Assembly (NCBI RefSeq): GCF_900095195.1
Contig: NZ_LT606950.1
Coordinates: 1,371,946 to 1,403,945, forward strand
DNA: 32,000 nucleotides
Source: Polynucleobacter necessarius
Lineage (GTDB): Bacteria > Pseudomonadota > Gammaproteobacteria > Burkholderiales > Burkholderiaceae
Reading direction: 5' to 3'
Under the pieces are notes generated by a model. It did no database searches and was not told the DNA's origin. It worked only from the letters and a program-made list of their open reading frames with translations. This document shows positions 1 to 10,221 of this stretch, one piece after another. Within the stretch, counting starts at the first letter, position 1; every line of letters begins with the position of its first letter. The translations under genes and the position numbers were made by a program.

Positions 1-61
1 ACCATGACTCGCAGATCGAATATTGGCTCGATTGATATTCGCTTAGTATTTGATAATCCAA

Positions 62-955
62 ATGAGTGAAAGCAATTCCTCCTCATTAAACTCTTTAACA
101 CTGCTCTCACCAGCAAAACTGAATTTATTCCTCCATATTGTTGGAAGACGCGCTGATGGATACCATCTCCTACAGTCGGTATTTCAGTTAATCGACTGGT
201 GCGACACCATTCATCTCAAATGTATTGCTGAAAAAGAAATTCGCCGTATCAACCCCTTACCTGGAGTAAAGCCAGAAGAAGATTTGGTTGTGAGGGCCGC
301 CAAGCTTTTACAGGAAGCTTATCAAGTAAACACTGGTGTCGAGATTGATCTTCAAAAAGAAATCCCGATGGGTGCCGGATTGGGCGGGGGGTCATCCGAC
401 GCCGCTACAACCTTAATTGGTTTAAATGCCCTTTGGAATCTTCAGCTTGACCAAAAATCTCTTTACGAAATCGGACTCAAACTCGGCGCCGATGTGCCAT
501 TCTTCATTTTTGGCAAAAATGCCTTCGTCGAGGGAATTGGCGAAAAACTCCAAGAAATTTCCCTAGAAAGCCGTCAATTTTTGGTTCTCTTCCCCAATCA
601 AGGCATCGCCACCCAGCGCATTTTCCTAGACCCCGAATTGACCCGAGATCACGCTCAGATTACAATGGAAGGCTATCTTCCATCGCCCTGGTCAACGCTT
701 TCGAACGACTGCCAGGCGGGTGCGATGCGGATTTGTCCTGAAGTGAAGCAAGCTTTGGATTGGATTAGTCAGGCGGTTCCAGGCTCTGAGCCTCGGATGT
801 CAGGCTCCGGAAGTAGCGTTTTTGCCGTCTTAAACCCTAAGACAGATCTCGCAAAACTGGAAAATCTTCTTCAAACTCTTCCCGGAGGGTGGAAAGGTCG
901 GGTTGTTCAGGGGTTAAATAAAAATCCTGCTTACAATTTGATTTCTCCAGATTAA
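62..955 (+). CDS. ispE: 4-diphosphocytidyl-2-C-methyl-D-erythritol kinase
   Basis: GHMP-kinase glycine-rich motif PMGAGLGGGSSDAA and N-terminal LSPAKLNLFLHIVGRRADGYH typical of IspE. The ORF opens at TTG 50 and the first ATG is at 62. The conserved ispE, tRNA-Gln, prs order supports the call. Confidence 0.9.
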   Translation: MSESNSSSLNSLTLLSPAKLNLFLHIVGRRADGYHLLQSVFQLIDWCDTIHLKCIAEKEIRRINPLPGVKPEEDLVVRAAKLLQEAYQVNTGVEIDLQKEIPMGAGLGGGSSDAATTLIGLNALWNLQLDQKSLYEIGLKLGADVPFFIFGKNAFVEGIGEKLQEISLESRQFLVLFPNQGIATQRIFLDPELTRDHAQITMEGYLPSPWSTLSNDCQAGAMRICPEVKQALDWISQAVPGSEPRMSGSGSSVFAVLNPKTDLAKLENLLQTLPGGWKGRVVQGLNKNPAYNLISPD

Positions 956-960
956 GCTGC

Positions 961-1037
961 AGGGGAATCGCCAAGCTGGTTAAGGCACTGGATTTTGATT
1001 CCAGCATGCGAAGGTTCGAATCCTTCTTCCCCTGCCA
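961..1037 (+). tRNA. tRNA-Gln (anticodon UUG)
   Basis: Hand-folded cloverleaf. The 7-bp acceptor stem AGGGGAA pairs with TTCCCCT. The anticodon stem CTGGA/TCCAG carries loop TTTTGAT (anticodon TTG). The T-arm is GAAGG-TTCGAAT-CCTTC, followed by discriminator G and an encoded CCA. Confidence 0.96.
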
Positions 1038-1091
1038 AATACTGTAGAAATGACAAAGAGAACCTTTTGATCCTACAAGATCCTTAAGACT

Positions 1092-2057
1092 ATGTCCGCA
1101 ACAAACTCCGATTTATCGACTTTATTTACAGGCAACGCAAATCCGGTTTTGGCAGAGGCTGTCGCCAAAGAGCTGAATTTGCCTTTGGGCAAAGCATTTG
1201 TAGGGCGCTTCTCCGACGGAGAGATTCAAGTAGAAATTCAAGAAAACGTGCGCGGCAAAAATGTCGTTGTTATTCAGTCAACCTGTGCGCCGACAAATGA
1301 CAGCTTGATGGAACTGATGATCATGATTGATGCGTTAAAACGCGCATCAGCGAGTCGCATTACCGCAGTAATACCTTACTTCGGCTATGCACGTCAGGAT
1401 CGTCGACCACGCTCTGCTCGAGTTGCCATCTCGGCACGCATCGTAGCAAACATGCTTCAATCCGTTGCTGGTATTGAGCGCGTCCTCACAATGGACTTGC
1501 ATGCCGACCAAATTCAGGGCTTCTTCGACATCCCAGTTGACAATATTTATGCTTCACCAGTTCTCCTAGCTGACCTTCAAGTTCAGAAAACCCAAAAAGA
1601 CTTAATTGTGGTTTCGCCTGACATTGGGGGCGTTGTTCGCGCCCGCGCGATGGCAAAACAATTGCGCACTGATTTAGCGATTATTGATAAACGTCGCCCT
1701 AAGGCAAATGTTTCCGAAGTAATGCACCTTATCGGAGAGGTAGAAGGTCGCCACTGCGTCATCATGGATGACATCATCGATACTGGTGGAACCCTCTGTA
1801 AAGCTGCTGAAGCACTCAAAGAGCGCGGTGCAAAAGGGGTTACCGCTTACTGTACCCACGCCGTACTTTCAGGCGGCGCTGTTGCTCGTATTGCCGCCTC
1901 TGAATTAGACGAACTCGTTGTTACTGACACTATTCCATTAACAGCAGAAGCTGCAAAAGTAGCCAAAATCCGCCAATTATCAGTAGCGCCATTGCTGGCA
2001 GAGACCCTATCGCGTATCAGCAGGGGCGACTCTGTCATGTCAATGTTTGCCGAATAA
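1092..2057 (+). CDS. prs: ribose-phosphate pyrophosphokinase (PRPP synthetase)
   Basis: Full-length 321 aa with [11 protein letters not shown] and the PRPP-binding loop [12 protein letters not shown]. Confidence 0.95.
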   Translation: MSATNSDLSTLFTGNANPVLAEAVAKELNLPLGKAFVGRFSDGEIQVEIQENVRGKNVVVIQSTCAPTNDSLMELMIMIDALKRASASRITAVIPYFGYARQDRRPRSARVAISARIVANMLQSVAGIERVLTMDLHADQIQGFFDIPVDNIYASPVLLADLQVQKTQKDLIVVSPDIGGVVRARAMAKQLRTDLAIIDKRRPKANVSEVMHLIGEVEGRHCVIMDDIIDTGGTLCKAAEALKERGAKGVTAYCTHAVLSGGAVARIAASELDELVVTDTIPLTAEAAKVAKIRQLSVAPLLAETLSRISRGDSVMSMFAE

Positions 2058-2202
2058 AGCCTTAAAGCCTGGTTTAACCCAGTTTTTATGGGGTTCTGAA
2101 GCGTTTTTTGTTGTTTTATAGGAAAACCCCCTCCTCCCGCGATATAATCTGAGGATTTTCTGTTTGGTCGCGAACGGAAATTAACCTTAAAGGGAATTAA
2201 TC

Positions 2203-2835
2203 ATGAAAGTTGTAGCCTTTGAAAGAAGCGTACAGGGAACGGGTGCGAGCCGCCGTCTGCGCAATTCCGGAAAAACTCCGGGAATCGTTTACGATAGTAA
2301 AGATCCAGCCATGGTAATCGAGTTAGACCATAACGCGTTATTCCATGCTCTCCGTAAAGAAGCATTTCACTCATCTATCTTGGATTTGGAAGTTAGCGGA
2401 AAAACACAAAAAGTGTTGTTACGTGACTACCAGATGCATCCATTCAAGCCATTGGTTTTGCACATTGACTTCCAGCGCGTTTCCGCAACTGAGAAAGTGC
2501 ATATGCGCGTTCCATTGCACTTCACCAATGCCGACACTTCGGCAGCCGTAAAATTGCAAGGCGCTGTTGTGAGTCATATCCTCAATGAACTTGAAGTTTC
2601 TTGCTTACCAGCAGACTTGCCAGAGTTTATTGAAATAGACTTAAGCAACATTGAAGTTGGTCACTCTATTCATGCAAAAGACGTTACATTGCCAAAAGGT
2701 GTTAGCTTGGTATTGCACGTTGAACAAGAAAACCCTGTTATTGCAAACGCACGTATTCCAGCTGTTAAAGCCGCTGAGACTGAAGAAGCTGCTCCAGCAG
2801 CCGCTCCTGCTGCTGATGCAAAGGATAAGGCTTAA
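2203..2835 (+). CDS. rplY: 50S ribosomal protein L25 / general stress protein Ctc
   Basis: N-terminus [31 protein letters not shown] is typical of the long L25/Ctc form, with an Ala/Pro/Lys-rich C-terminal tail. An AAGGGA Shine-Dalgarno lies upstream. Confidence 0.92.
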   Translation: MKVVAFERSVQGTGASRRLRNSGKTPGIVYDSKDPAMVIELDHNALFHALRKEAFHSSILDLEVSGKTQKVLLRDYQMHPFKPLVLHIDFQRVSATEKVHMRVPLHFTNADTSAAVKLQGAVVSHILNELEVSCLPADLPEFIEIDLSNIEVGHSIHAKDVTLPKGVSLVLHVEQENPVIANARIPAVKAAETEEAAPAAAPAADAKDKA

Positions 2836-2860
2836 TACCTTACGCCATTTGTTTGCGTAT

Positions 2861-2890
2861 AAAGCCCGCTTGCGCGGGCTTTATTTTTTT
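2861..2890 (+). terminator. rho-independent terminator downstream of rplY
   Basis: AAAGCCCGC-TTGC-GCGGGCTTT forms a 9-bp stem with a 6-bp GC core and a 4-nt loop. It is followed by A plus T7. Confidence 0.85.
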
Positions 2891-2923
2891 GTGGAAACTG
2901 GCTGATATCGATACACTCTCACC

Positions 2924-3780
<857 letters not shown>

Positions 3781-3809
3781 TCAGCCGAATTATGTTCTAA
3801 ATGGGTTGC

Positions 3810-4319
<510 letters not shown>

Positions 4320-4340
4320 TTATCAGCTACAGGCAAGAGT

Positions 4341-4937
4341 TTAGCCTCTTCCACTCCGGAAAAGGCACGCTTTTACCTGCCCCGCCTCTAAGTATTTTCC
4401 ACAATACCAGTTTGGTAGCAACGATTCGATCTCTTCTCGCGGCCGACTAGAGGCAAATTCCACATAAATTCCACCACCAGTTGAGTCCTCACACACCCTA
4501 CTTGCCTGAACCACAGCGCGATTCAGTAAATCCGCATCCAGAAAAGGGGGGTCTATAAAAATGAGATTGCTTGAACGATCCGCTTGTTGCTTTAAGAACT
4601 CCAAGCTATCTCTATGCAAAATTTCAACTACGCCATGAACGGGCGAAGATTGCAAAGACGCAAAATTGCTCACTGAATTTGTATAGGCTTTTTTATTCCT
4701 CTCAAGTAATACGACATAATCAGCACCACGCGATGCCGCCTCAAAACCCAAAGCTCCCGTTCCCGCAAATAAATCCAAACAGCGCAATCCCGTTAAATCT
4801 TGTCCCAACCAATTAAATAGTGTCTCGCGAATGCGATCAGTGGTTGGACGCAAACCGGGCAGGTCAAGCACAGATAATTGTCGACTGCGCCAGGTACCAC
4901 CAATAATGCGCACTTTCTTAGGTGGCTCAGACTTCAA
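4341..4937 (-). CDS. rsmD: 16S rRNA (guanine966-N2)-methyltransferase
   Basis: SAM motif DLFAGTGALGFEAASRGA and FIDPPF catalytic motif. The rsmD-coaD pairing is conserved. Confidence 0.88.
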   Translation of the reverse strand: MKSEPPKKVRIIGGTWRSRQLSVLDLPGLRPTTDRIRETLFNWLGQDLTGLRCLDLFAGTGALGFEAASRGADYVVLLERNKKAYTNSVSNFASLQSSPVHGVVEILHRDSLEFLKQQADRSSNLIFIDPPFLDADLLNRAVVQASRVCEDSTGGGIYVEFASSRPREEIESLLPNWYCGKYLEAGQVKACLFRSGRG

Positions 4938-4947
4938 TGATTTTGAT

Positions 4948-6285
4948 TTATTTATTTTGAGCCCCTAGAACAATAATCTTCATTCGATCCATTGCAAGAT
5001 GTTTTTGAAAGGCGGCGGTTACTTGATCTAAAGTGACAGCTTCAACCTGTTGAGTCCAGACTTCCATTGTATTGAGCGGTAAGTCATTCCACCCAATCGA
5101 AGAAATGTTATCCAGTAATTTTCGATTGTTATCAATTCTTAAGGGGTAGCCATTTATCAGATTAGATTTAGCTGCAGTGAGCTCGGCTGCTGTAGGCCCT
5201 TGCGTAATAAAGTTTTGAAGCGTCGCACTCATCACGTCAAGCGCCACAGAACCCTGATCACTTTTGGTTTGCAAGCCGGCTTGGAAAATTCCATTGTCTT
5301 TACCGGGTACAAAATAACTAAATACACTGTAAGCAAGTCCACGCTTCTCCCGCACTTCAGACATTAGACGGGATACAAATCCTCCGCCACCAAGAATGTA
5401 GTTGCCAACCAATAGAGGAAAGTAATCAGGGTTGTTACGGGCTACTGCTGTCATCCCCATTGCTATATGAGCCTGCTGAGAATCAAATGGGATTTGCACC
5501 TCACGCTGGGTCAGAGGCGCAGCGGGCGATTTCTGCAATTCGGGAAGGGCCGCAATAGTAGGGCCTGTTTCAGGAAGCCGGTTCAACAAGGTTTTAACTA
5601 TTTCATTGGCTTGCGTTGGATTTGCATCCCCCACAATACTGATGATCATACGATCGCCTCGATAAAACCGCTTATGGAATTGCTTTAAATCTTCTGCAGT
5701 AATAGCGCCGATTGATTTGACCGATGGGCTATCAACCAAGGGGTATCTTCCATAAACCATCTTTTTAAAGCGTCGCTCTAAAACATATTCGGGTTTTGTC
5801 TCTGCCTCTAGCAGGGAGGTAATCGTTCGCTGTTTCTCGCGCGCAAGAACATTAACGTCATATGTCGGGGAACTCAACATTCCAGAAGCCAACTGAACAA
5901 CACGGTCACGCAAATCTTTTCTGGCAAGAGTCCGGATACGCAAAATTGCACGCTCGCCGCTGACCGCAAAACTAATATTTGCGCCTAAATCGGCTACCTC
6001 ATCCGCAATTTGCGCCTCCGTTAGCAGGCCCTGATGGGTGCGAGCCCCATATTTCATAAGACCCGCGGTCAAATCGGCCAAGCCACCCTTGCCCACGGGG
6101 TCGTAGCGGTCGCCGGCGTCAATACTGACCTCAATATCCACCATAGGCAGAGCCTGAGTTTGAATCAAATATACTTTGGCGCCCTTATATCCATCAAGCC
6201 TTTCGATTGGCAAGACGGCATTTACAGTACCCACAAAACCGATCGTAAAGAGTGTGGTCGCCACCCATTGCTTTAGGGCTCTCAT
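4948..6285 (-). CDS. M16 (pitrilysin) family peptidase, non-catalytic-type subunit, secreted
   Basis: M16 family architecture with an N-terminal signal-like segment (MRALKQWVATTLFTIGFVGTVNAV). There is no HxxEH zinc motif. It overlaps the upstream M16 gene by 4 nt. Confidence 0.8.
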   Translation of the reverse strand: MRALKQWVATTLFTIGFVGTVNAVLPIERLDGYKGAKVYLIQTQALPMVDIEVSIDAGDRYDPVGKGGLADLTAGLMKYGARTHQGLLTEAQIADEVADLGANISFAVSGERAILRIRTLARKDLRDRVVQLASGMLSSPTYDVNVLAREKQRTITSLLEAETKPEYVLERRFKKMVYGRYPLVDSPSVKSIGAITAEDLKQFHKRFYRGDRMIISIVGDANPTQANEIVKTLLNRLPETGPTIAALPELQKSPAAPLTQREVQIPFDSQQAHIAMGMTAVARNNPDYFPLLVGNYILGGGGFVSRLMSEVREKRGLAYSVFSYFVPGKDNGIFQAGLQTKSDQGSVALDVMSATLQNFITQGPTAAELTAAKSNLINGYPLRIDNNRKLLDNISSIGWNDLPLNTMEVWTQQVEAVTLDQVTAAFQKHLAMDRMKIIVLGAQNK

Positions 6286-7649
6286 GGTTTCGCCTCACTC
6301 TGAATGGCCTTACGGGGTTGAGGATCCAAAAATGCAATCGTTAAACCCTCATCCACTAAATATTTTTTTGCTACTGCCTGAACTTGCTCTGGAGTAATGG
6401 TCTGCATTTTCTCCAACATATAGTCAATATCTTTCCAGGAGAATCCCGCCATCTCTGTACTACCAATTTCCATTGCCTGACCAAAAATGGAGTCGCGCTT
6501 ATAAATTTGCTCCGAAAGAATGCGTACTTTAATTCGTTTCAATTCTGAATCAAGCACTCCCTGTTGCTTAATTTCTTCTAATGCTTTACGAATACTCGCT
6601 TGCGCCTGCGCAACCGTTTTTCCTTTTGCTAATGTTGTGCTAATTAAAAATAACTCAGGCCCTCGAGATACCATGTCGTAACCGACGCCGACATCGTTCA
6701 CGACTTTTTCTTGCTTTACTAATGCACGATTTAAACGTGCATTGTCATAACCATCCAGCACTGCCGTCAGAAGTTCGAGGGCATAAGGTTCGGGGTTATC
6801 CAGCTCGCCTGGCATGAGGCGTGGCACCTTCCACGCCATAGTCAATTGAGCACTATCAGCGGACGCCCTTACTTGCACCTGCTTAATACCCTTTTGTGGC
6901 GCCTCAACTTGTGGTTTACAAACTGGCATGGCCTGAGCGACATGCGCCCCATAATATTTTTCTACAATTGCCAACACCTGTTTTACTTCGACATCCCCAG
7001 CAATAACGACAGTAGCATTATTAGGTTTATACCAACTACGGTACCAATCTCTAGCATCCTCGGCAGTCATGTTTTGTAAATCATTCATCCACCCCACAAC
7101 AGGGTGGCGATATGGCGAACTCATGTAAGCCGTTGCCATCAGCGATTCATTCAAAAGACTGTTTGGGTTGTCTTCAGTTCGCAAACGGCGCTCTTCCATC
7201 ACCACCTGAATCTCTTTGAGAAATTCTGCATCATCAAAATTCAAATTTGCCATACGGTCGGCTTCTAGCTTGATGACATCCTCTAATTTTGATTTCTCTA
7301 CCTGCTGAAAATACGCGGTGTAATCGCGGGAGGTAAATGCATTTTCTCGACCCCCAACCGCAGCGACTAAGCGCGAAAATTCTCCCGCTTTCACTTTATG
7401 AGTTCCTTTAAACATCATGTGTTCGAGAACATGTGCAACACCAGTTTTACCGTTTACCTCATTCATCGAGCCGGCGCGATACCAAACCATATGAGCAACG
7501 GTTGGAGCACGATGATCCTCCCTCACGATCAGCTTGAGTCCATTGCTTAATTGAAACTCATGAGTATTGGATTGGTCCTTACCCACCGCCCATGATGGCG
7601 GGGTTGATAGCAGAAAAAGGGATGAAATTAAAAATAAATGGATGCGCAT
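6282..7649 (-). CDS. M16 (pitrilysin) family zinc peptidase, catalytic-type subunit, secreted
   Basis: Inverted zinc motif HVLEH within GVAHVLEHMMFKG. The N-terminal signal peptide is MRIHLFLISSLFLLSTPPSWA. Confidence 0.85.
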   Translation of the reverse strand: MRIHLFLISSLFLLSTPPSWAVGKDQSNTHEFQLSNGLKLIVREDHRAPTVAHMVWYRAGSMNEVNGKTGVAHVLEHMMFKGTHKVKAGEFSRLVAAVGGRENAFTSRDYTAYFQQVEKSKLEDVIKLEADRMANLNFDDAEFLKEIQVVMEERRLRTEDNPNSLLNESLMATAYMSSPYRHPVVGWMNDLQNMTAEDARDWYRSWYKPNNATVVIAGDVEVKQVLAIVEKYYGAHVAQAMPVCKPQVEAPQKGIKQVQVRASADSAQLTMAWKVPRLMPGELDNPEPYALELLTAVLDGYDNARLNRALVKQEKVVNDVGVGYDMVSRGPELFLISTTLAKGKTVAQAQASIRKALEEIKQQGVLDSELKRIKVRILSEQIYKRDSIFGQAMEIGSTEMAGFSWKDIDYMLEKMQTITPEQVQAVAKKYLVDEGLTIAFLDPQPRKAIQSEAKP

Positions 7650-7712
7650 CTGCTAAATCACCGTATTCCAAGAATTAAATTGATAAGATGCAAAGATTAA
7701 ATTATATCGATT

Positions 7713-8603
7713 ATGTTTGGATTACGTAAAACCCTCGGCTCTCTATTCAAATCCAGCAAGACGGATGAAGCTTGGTTTGATTCTTTAGAGAAATCGCTGA
7801 TTCAAAGCGACGTTGGATTGCCCACGACAGAGCAATTAATTAGCAAATTGCGAAAAGCAGCAAAGACTGAAAAAGCCTCGACGCCAGAAGGGTTGCAAGC
7901 TTTGCTCATACAAGAGGTCGGCTCTTTATTGAAAGTTCTCGAGCCGACTCCTAACCCCTTATTTATAAGGCTCAAGGACAGCCTCCCAGAGGTTTGGCTG
8001 GTCGTTGGCGTGAATGGCGCAGGTAAAACAACAACGATTGGCAAGCTTTGCCGACTGTTTCAAGCTCAAGGCAAATCAGTACTGCTCGCAGCCGGCGATA
8101 CATTCAGAGCAGCAGCTCGCAATCAGCTACAAGAGTGGGGCGGACGCAATCGGGTAGATGTTATTACCCAAGGGGGTGGTGATGCAGCGGCTGTTGCGCA
8201 CGATGCTATTCATTCAGCTATTTCTCGCAAGACAGATATTTTGATTATTGACACTGCTGGACGGCTTGCCACCCAGGGCCACCTAATGGAAGAACTAAAA
8301 AAAGTGAAGCGAGTGATTGGTAGGGCGCTTCCTGGAGCTCCTCACCATACCCTCTTGGTCCTCGATGGCAACACCGGCCAAAATGGCTTAAGTCAGGTAA
8401 AGGCTTTTCATACAGCCCTAGGTCTTACGGGAATCATCGTTACCAAGCTCGATGGCACCGCCAAAGGCGGCGTTATCTGTGCCTTAGCTCATACCCTTCA
8501 AGATGGGCCAAAACCGGCTGTACTGGCTTTAGGCAAAGGTGAAGGGATTGATGATTTAGCCCCCTTTACGGCGGGACAATATTCAGCCGAATTATTCAAT
8601 TGA
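7713..8603 (+). CDS. ftsY: signal recognition particle receptor FtsY (short form, NG domain only)
   Basis: SRP-GTPase motifs GVNGAGKTTTIGKL, DTAGR and TKLDG. The 296-aa protein has no acidic A domain, and its N-terminus MFGLRKTLGSLFKS looks amphipathic. Confidence 0.92.
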   Translation: MFGLRKTLGSLFKSSKTDEAWFDSLEKSLIQSDVGLPTTEQLISKLRKAAKTEKASTPEGLQALLIQEVGSLLKVLEPTPNPLFIRLKDSLPEVWLVVGVNGAGKTTTIGKLCRLFQAQGKSVLLAAGDTFRAAARNQLQEWGGRNRVDVITQGGGDAAAVAHDAIHSAISRKTDILIIDTAGRLATQGHLMEELKKVKRVIGRALPGAPHHTLLVLDGNTGQNGLSQVKAFHTALGLTGIIVTKLDGTAKGGVICALAHTLQDGPKPAVLALGKGEGIDDLAPFTAGQYSAELFN

Positions 8604-8631
8604 TTCAATAAGTTATAGAACAAAATAGGCA

Positions 8632-8658
8632 TTAGCACTTTCTTGACAAGAGTGCTAA
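8632..8658 (+). promoter_or_regulatory. perfect 8-bp inverted repeat flanking a consensus TTGACA, upstream of rpoH
   Basis: TTAGCACT-N11-AGTGCTAA, with TTGACA (8643-8648) inside the 11-nt spacer. No U-tract follows, so it is not a canonical terminator. It could be an operator or an ftsY 3' stem-loop. Confidence 0.3.
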
Positions 8659-8698
8659 AATAGTCTTCCATTAACACCTCTTATTTACATAAATAAAA

Positions 8699-9628
8699 AT
8701 GGTTCAAAAGAAATCTGACAAACCGAATTTGCAAAGGCTGCCTGTAGCGCAGGCTGCGGCGGCGTCTGCATTTCCAATGCTGCCATCCCTTGGGGTTGGC
8801 ACACTCGATTCTTACATTGCGTACATTAATCGCGTACCGATGCTCAGTGCTGCAGAAGAGTTACATCTTGCGCAGGAATTTCGTCGCACTGAAAATGTGG
8901 AGACTGCTAAAACATTAGTGCTCTCACACTTGCGCTTAGTTGTTTCCGTTGCACGTCAATACCTTGGCTACGGCATTCCTCACGCCGACTTAATTCAAGA
9001 GGGTAATGTTGGATTAATGAAAGCGGTCAAGCGCTATGACCCAAGTAATGGCGCCCGTCTAGTCTCTTATGCAATTCATTGGATTAAAGCTGAAATCCAT
9101 GAGTACATACTCAAGAATTGGCGCCTTGTGAAGATGGCTACAACCAAGGCTCAACGTAAATTGTTCTTCAATCTACGCAGCAATAAGCCAACACTGAGTG
9201 CGCTTTCACCCAGTGAAGTAGACGCATTAGCCAAAGCCCTAGATGTCAAAGGGTCCGAAGTTAAAGAAATGGAAATGCGTTTTGCTGGTGGTGATGTTGC
9301 GCTTGAAGGCGATGATAGTGATAATGAGGCCTCATATGCGCCAATTCAATGGCTGGCGGATAACAGCCAAGAGCCTACTGAGCGCATTGCCAATGCGGAA
9401 GTGGAAGCATTACATGGCCCCAAGCTCGATCAAGCGCTGATGGCTCTGGATAAGCGTAGTCGGAATATCGTGCAGTCACGCTGGCTAGCAATGGATGCTG
9501 ATGGCAACGGTACAAAAACCTTGCACGATCTTGCTGCTGAATATGGCATCTCTGCCGAGCGTGTCCGTCAAATTGAAACGGCCGCACTCAAAAAGATGCG
9601 TGGCTTACTTCAAACTGAAGCTGCCTAA
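8699..9628 (+). CDS. rpoH: RNA polymerase sigma-32 (heat-shock sigma factor RpoH)
   Basis: It has the RpoH box QRKLFFNLR, the region 2 sequence QEGNVGLMKAVKRYDP and a region 4 HTH. The start is uncertain because no clear SD precedes ATG 8699; TTG 8729 and ATG 8777 are alternatives. Confidence 0.9.
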   Translation: MVQKKSDKPNLQRLPVAQAAAASAFPMLPSLGVGTLDSYIAYINRVPMLSAAEELHLAQEFRRTENVETAKTLVLSHLRLVVSVARQYLGYGIPHADLIQEGNVGLMKAVKRYDPSNGARLVSYAIHWIKAEIHEYILKNWRLVKMATTKAQRKLFFNLRSNKPTLSALSPSEVDALAKALDVKGSEVKEMEMRFAGGDVALEGDDSDNEASYAPIQWLADNSQEPTERIANAEVEALHGPKLDQALMALDKRSRNIVQSRWLAMDADGNGTKTLHDLAAEYGISAERVRQIETAALKKMRGLLQTEAA

Positions 9629-10220
9629 GAACTTTTAGAAGCTCTTTCAAGTCATGCGCCAAGGTCTCAGGACCTTGTGCATGCTTGATATACAAACGCA
9701 AGCGCCCCTCAGGATCAAACGCGTAACTTCCTGCAGTGTGATCCATTGTGTAAGAACCTGGGGTGGTGCCAGGCACCCTTTTGTAATAAATCTTGAAATC
9801 TTTCGCAACCTTTTCTAAAGCCGCCTCATCTGCTGGGCGTAGCCCCAGAAATCGTGCATCGAAAGATGGCACATATTGTTTCAAAATAGCGGCGGTGTCA
9901 CGCTCTGGGTCGACCGTCACAAACAACACCTGAACCTTGTCTGACTGCGGCCCCAACAAAGTCATTACTTGCTGCATTTCCGTCAATGTTGTTGGACAAA
10001 TATCGGGGCACTGCGTATACCCAAAAAACATTACCACTACTTTTCCCTTAAAGTCGGCCAATGTTCTGACTTTCCCATCAGGATCGATCAAACCAAAGTC
10101 CTTGCCAAAAGCGGTACTGCCAGTGATATCGACGTTTTTAAACTCAGGCTTTGGACTACAAGCACTCAAGAATATAAGCAAGAGAGCAATACAAATATTA
10201 CGAAATAGGGTGGTCTTCAT
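9588..10220 (-). CDS. SCO1/SenC family copper chaperone (lipoprotein)
   Basis: It has the thioredoxin-fold copper motif FGYTQCPDICP and, downstream, DPERD. The lipobox LLIFLSAC sits after a signal sequence. It is the last gene of the cox biogenesis operon. Confidence 0.9.
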   Translation of the reverse strand: MKTTLFRNICIALLLIFLSACSPKPEFKNVDITGSTAFGKDFGLIDPDGKVRTLADFKGKVVVMFFGYTQCPDICPTTLTEMQQVMTLLGPQSDKVQVLFVTVDPERDTAAILKQYVPSFDARFLGLRPADEAALEKVAKDFKIYYKRVPGTTPGSYTMDHTAGSYAFDPEGRLRLYIKHAQGPETLAHDLKELLKVLRQLQFEVSHASF

Positions 10221-10221
10221 A

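Noticed and set aside
1069-1084. A direct repeat GATCCT-N4-GATCCT lies between tRNA-Gln and prs.
   Set aside because: Two 6-mers are within chance expectation, and there is no supporting symmetry or promoter context.
1583-2038. Three minus-strand ORFs of 61-78 aa lie inside prs.
   Set aside because: They are antisense shadow ORFs within a highly conserved gene.
2058-2125. The T-rich stretch after prs (GCGTTTTTTGTTGTTTT) looked like a possible terminator.
   Set aside because: I could find only a weak 5-bp stem (AACCC/GGGTT) with a 10-nt loop upstream of it, which is not convincing as an intrinsic terminator.
2143-2148. A perfect TATAAT lies 55 nt upstream of rplY.
   Set aside because: There is no acceptable -35 element at 16-18 nt (AGGAAA/TAGGAA) and no extended -10 TG. 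A lone hexamer in AT-rich intergenic DNA is not enough to call a promoter.
7671-7702. An AT-rich direct repeat, AGA(A)TTAAATT, occurs twice in the M16/ftsY divergent spacer.
   Set aside because: It is a short, low-complexity AT-rich sequence typical of promoter regions. It cannot be told apart from chance without comparative data.
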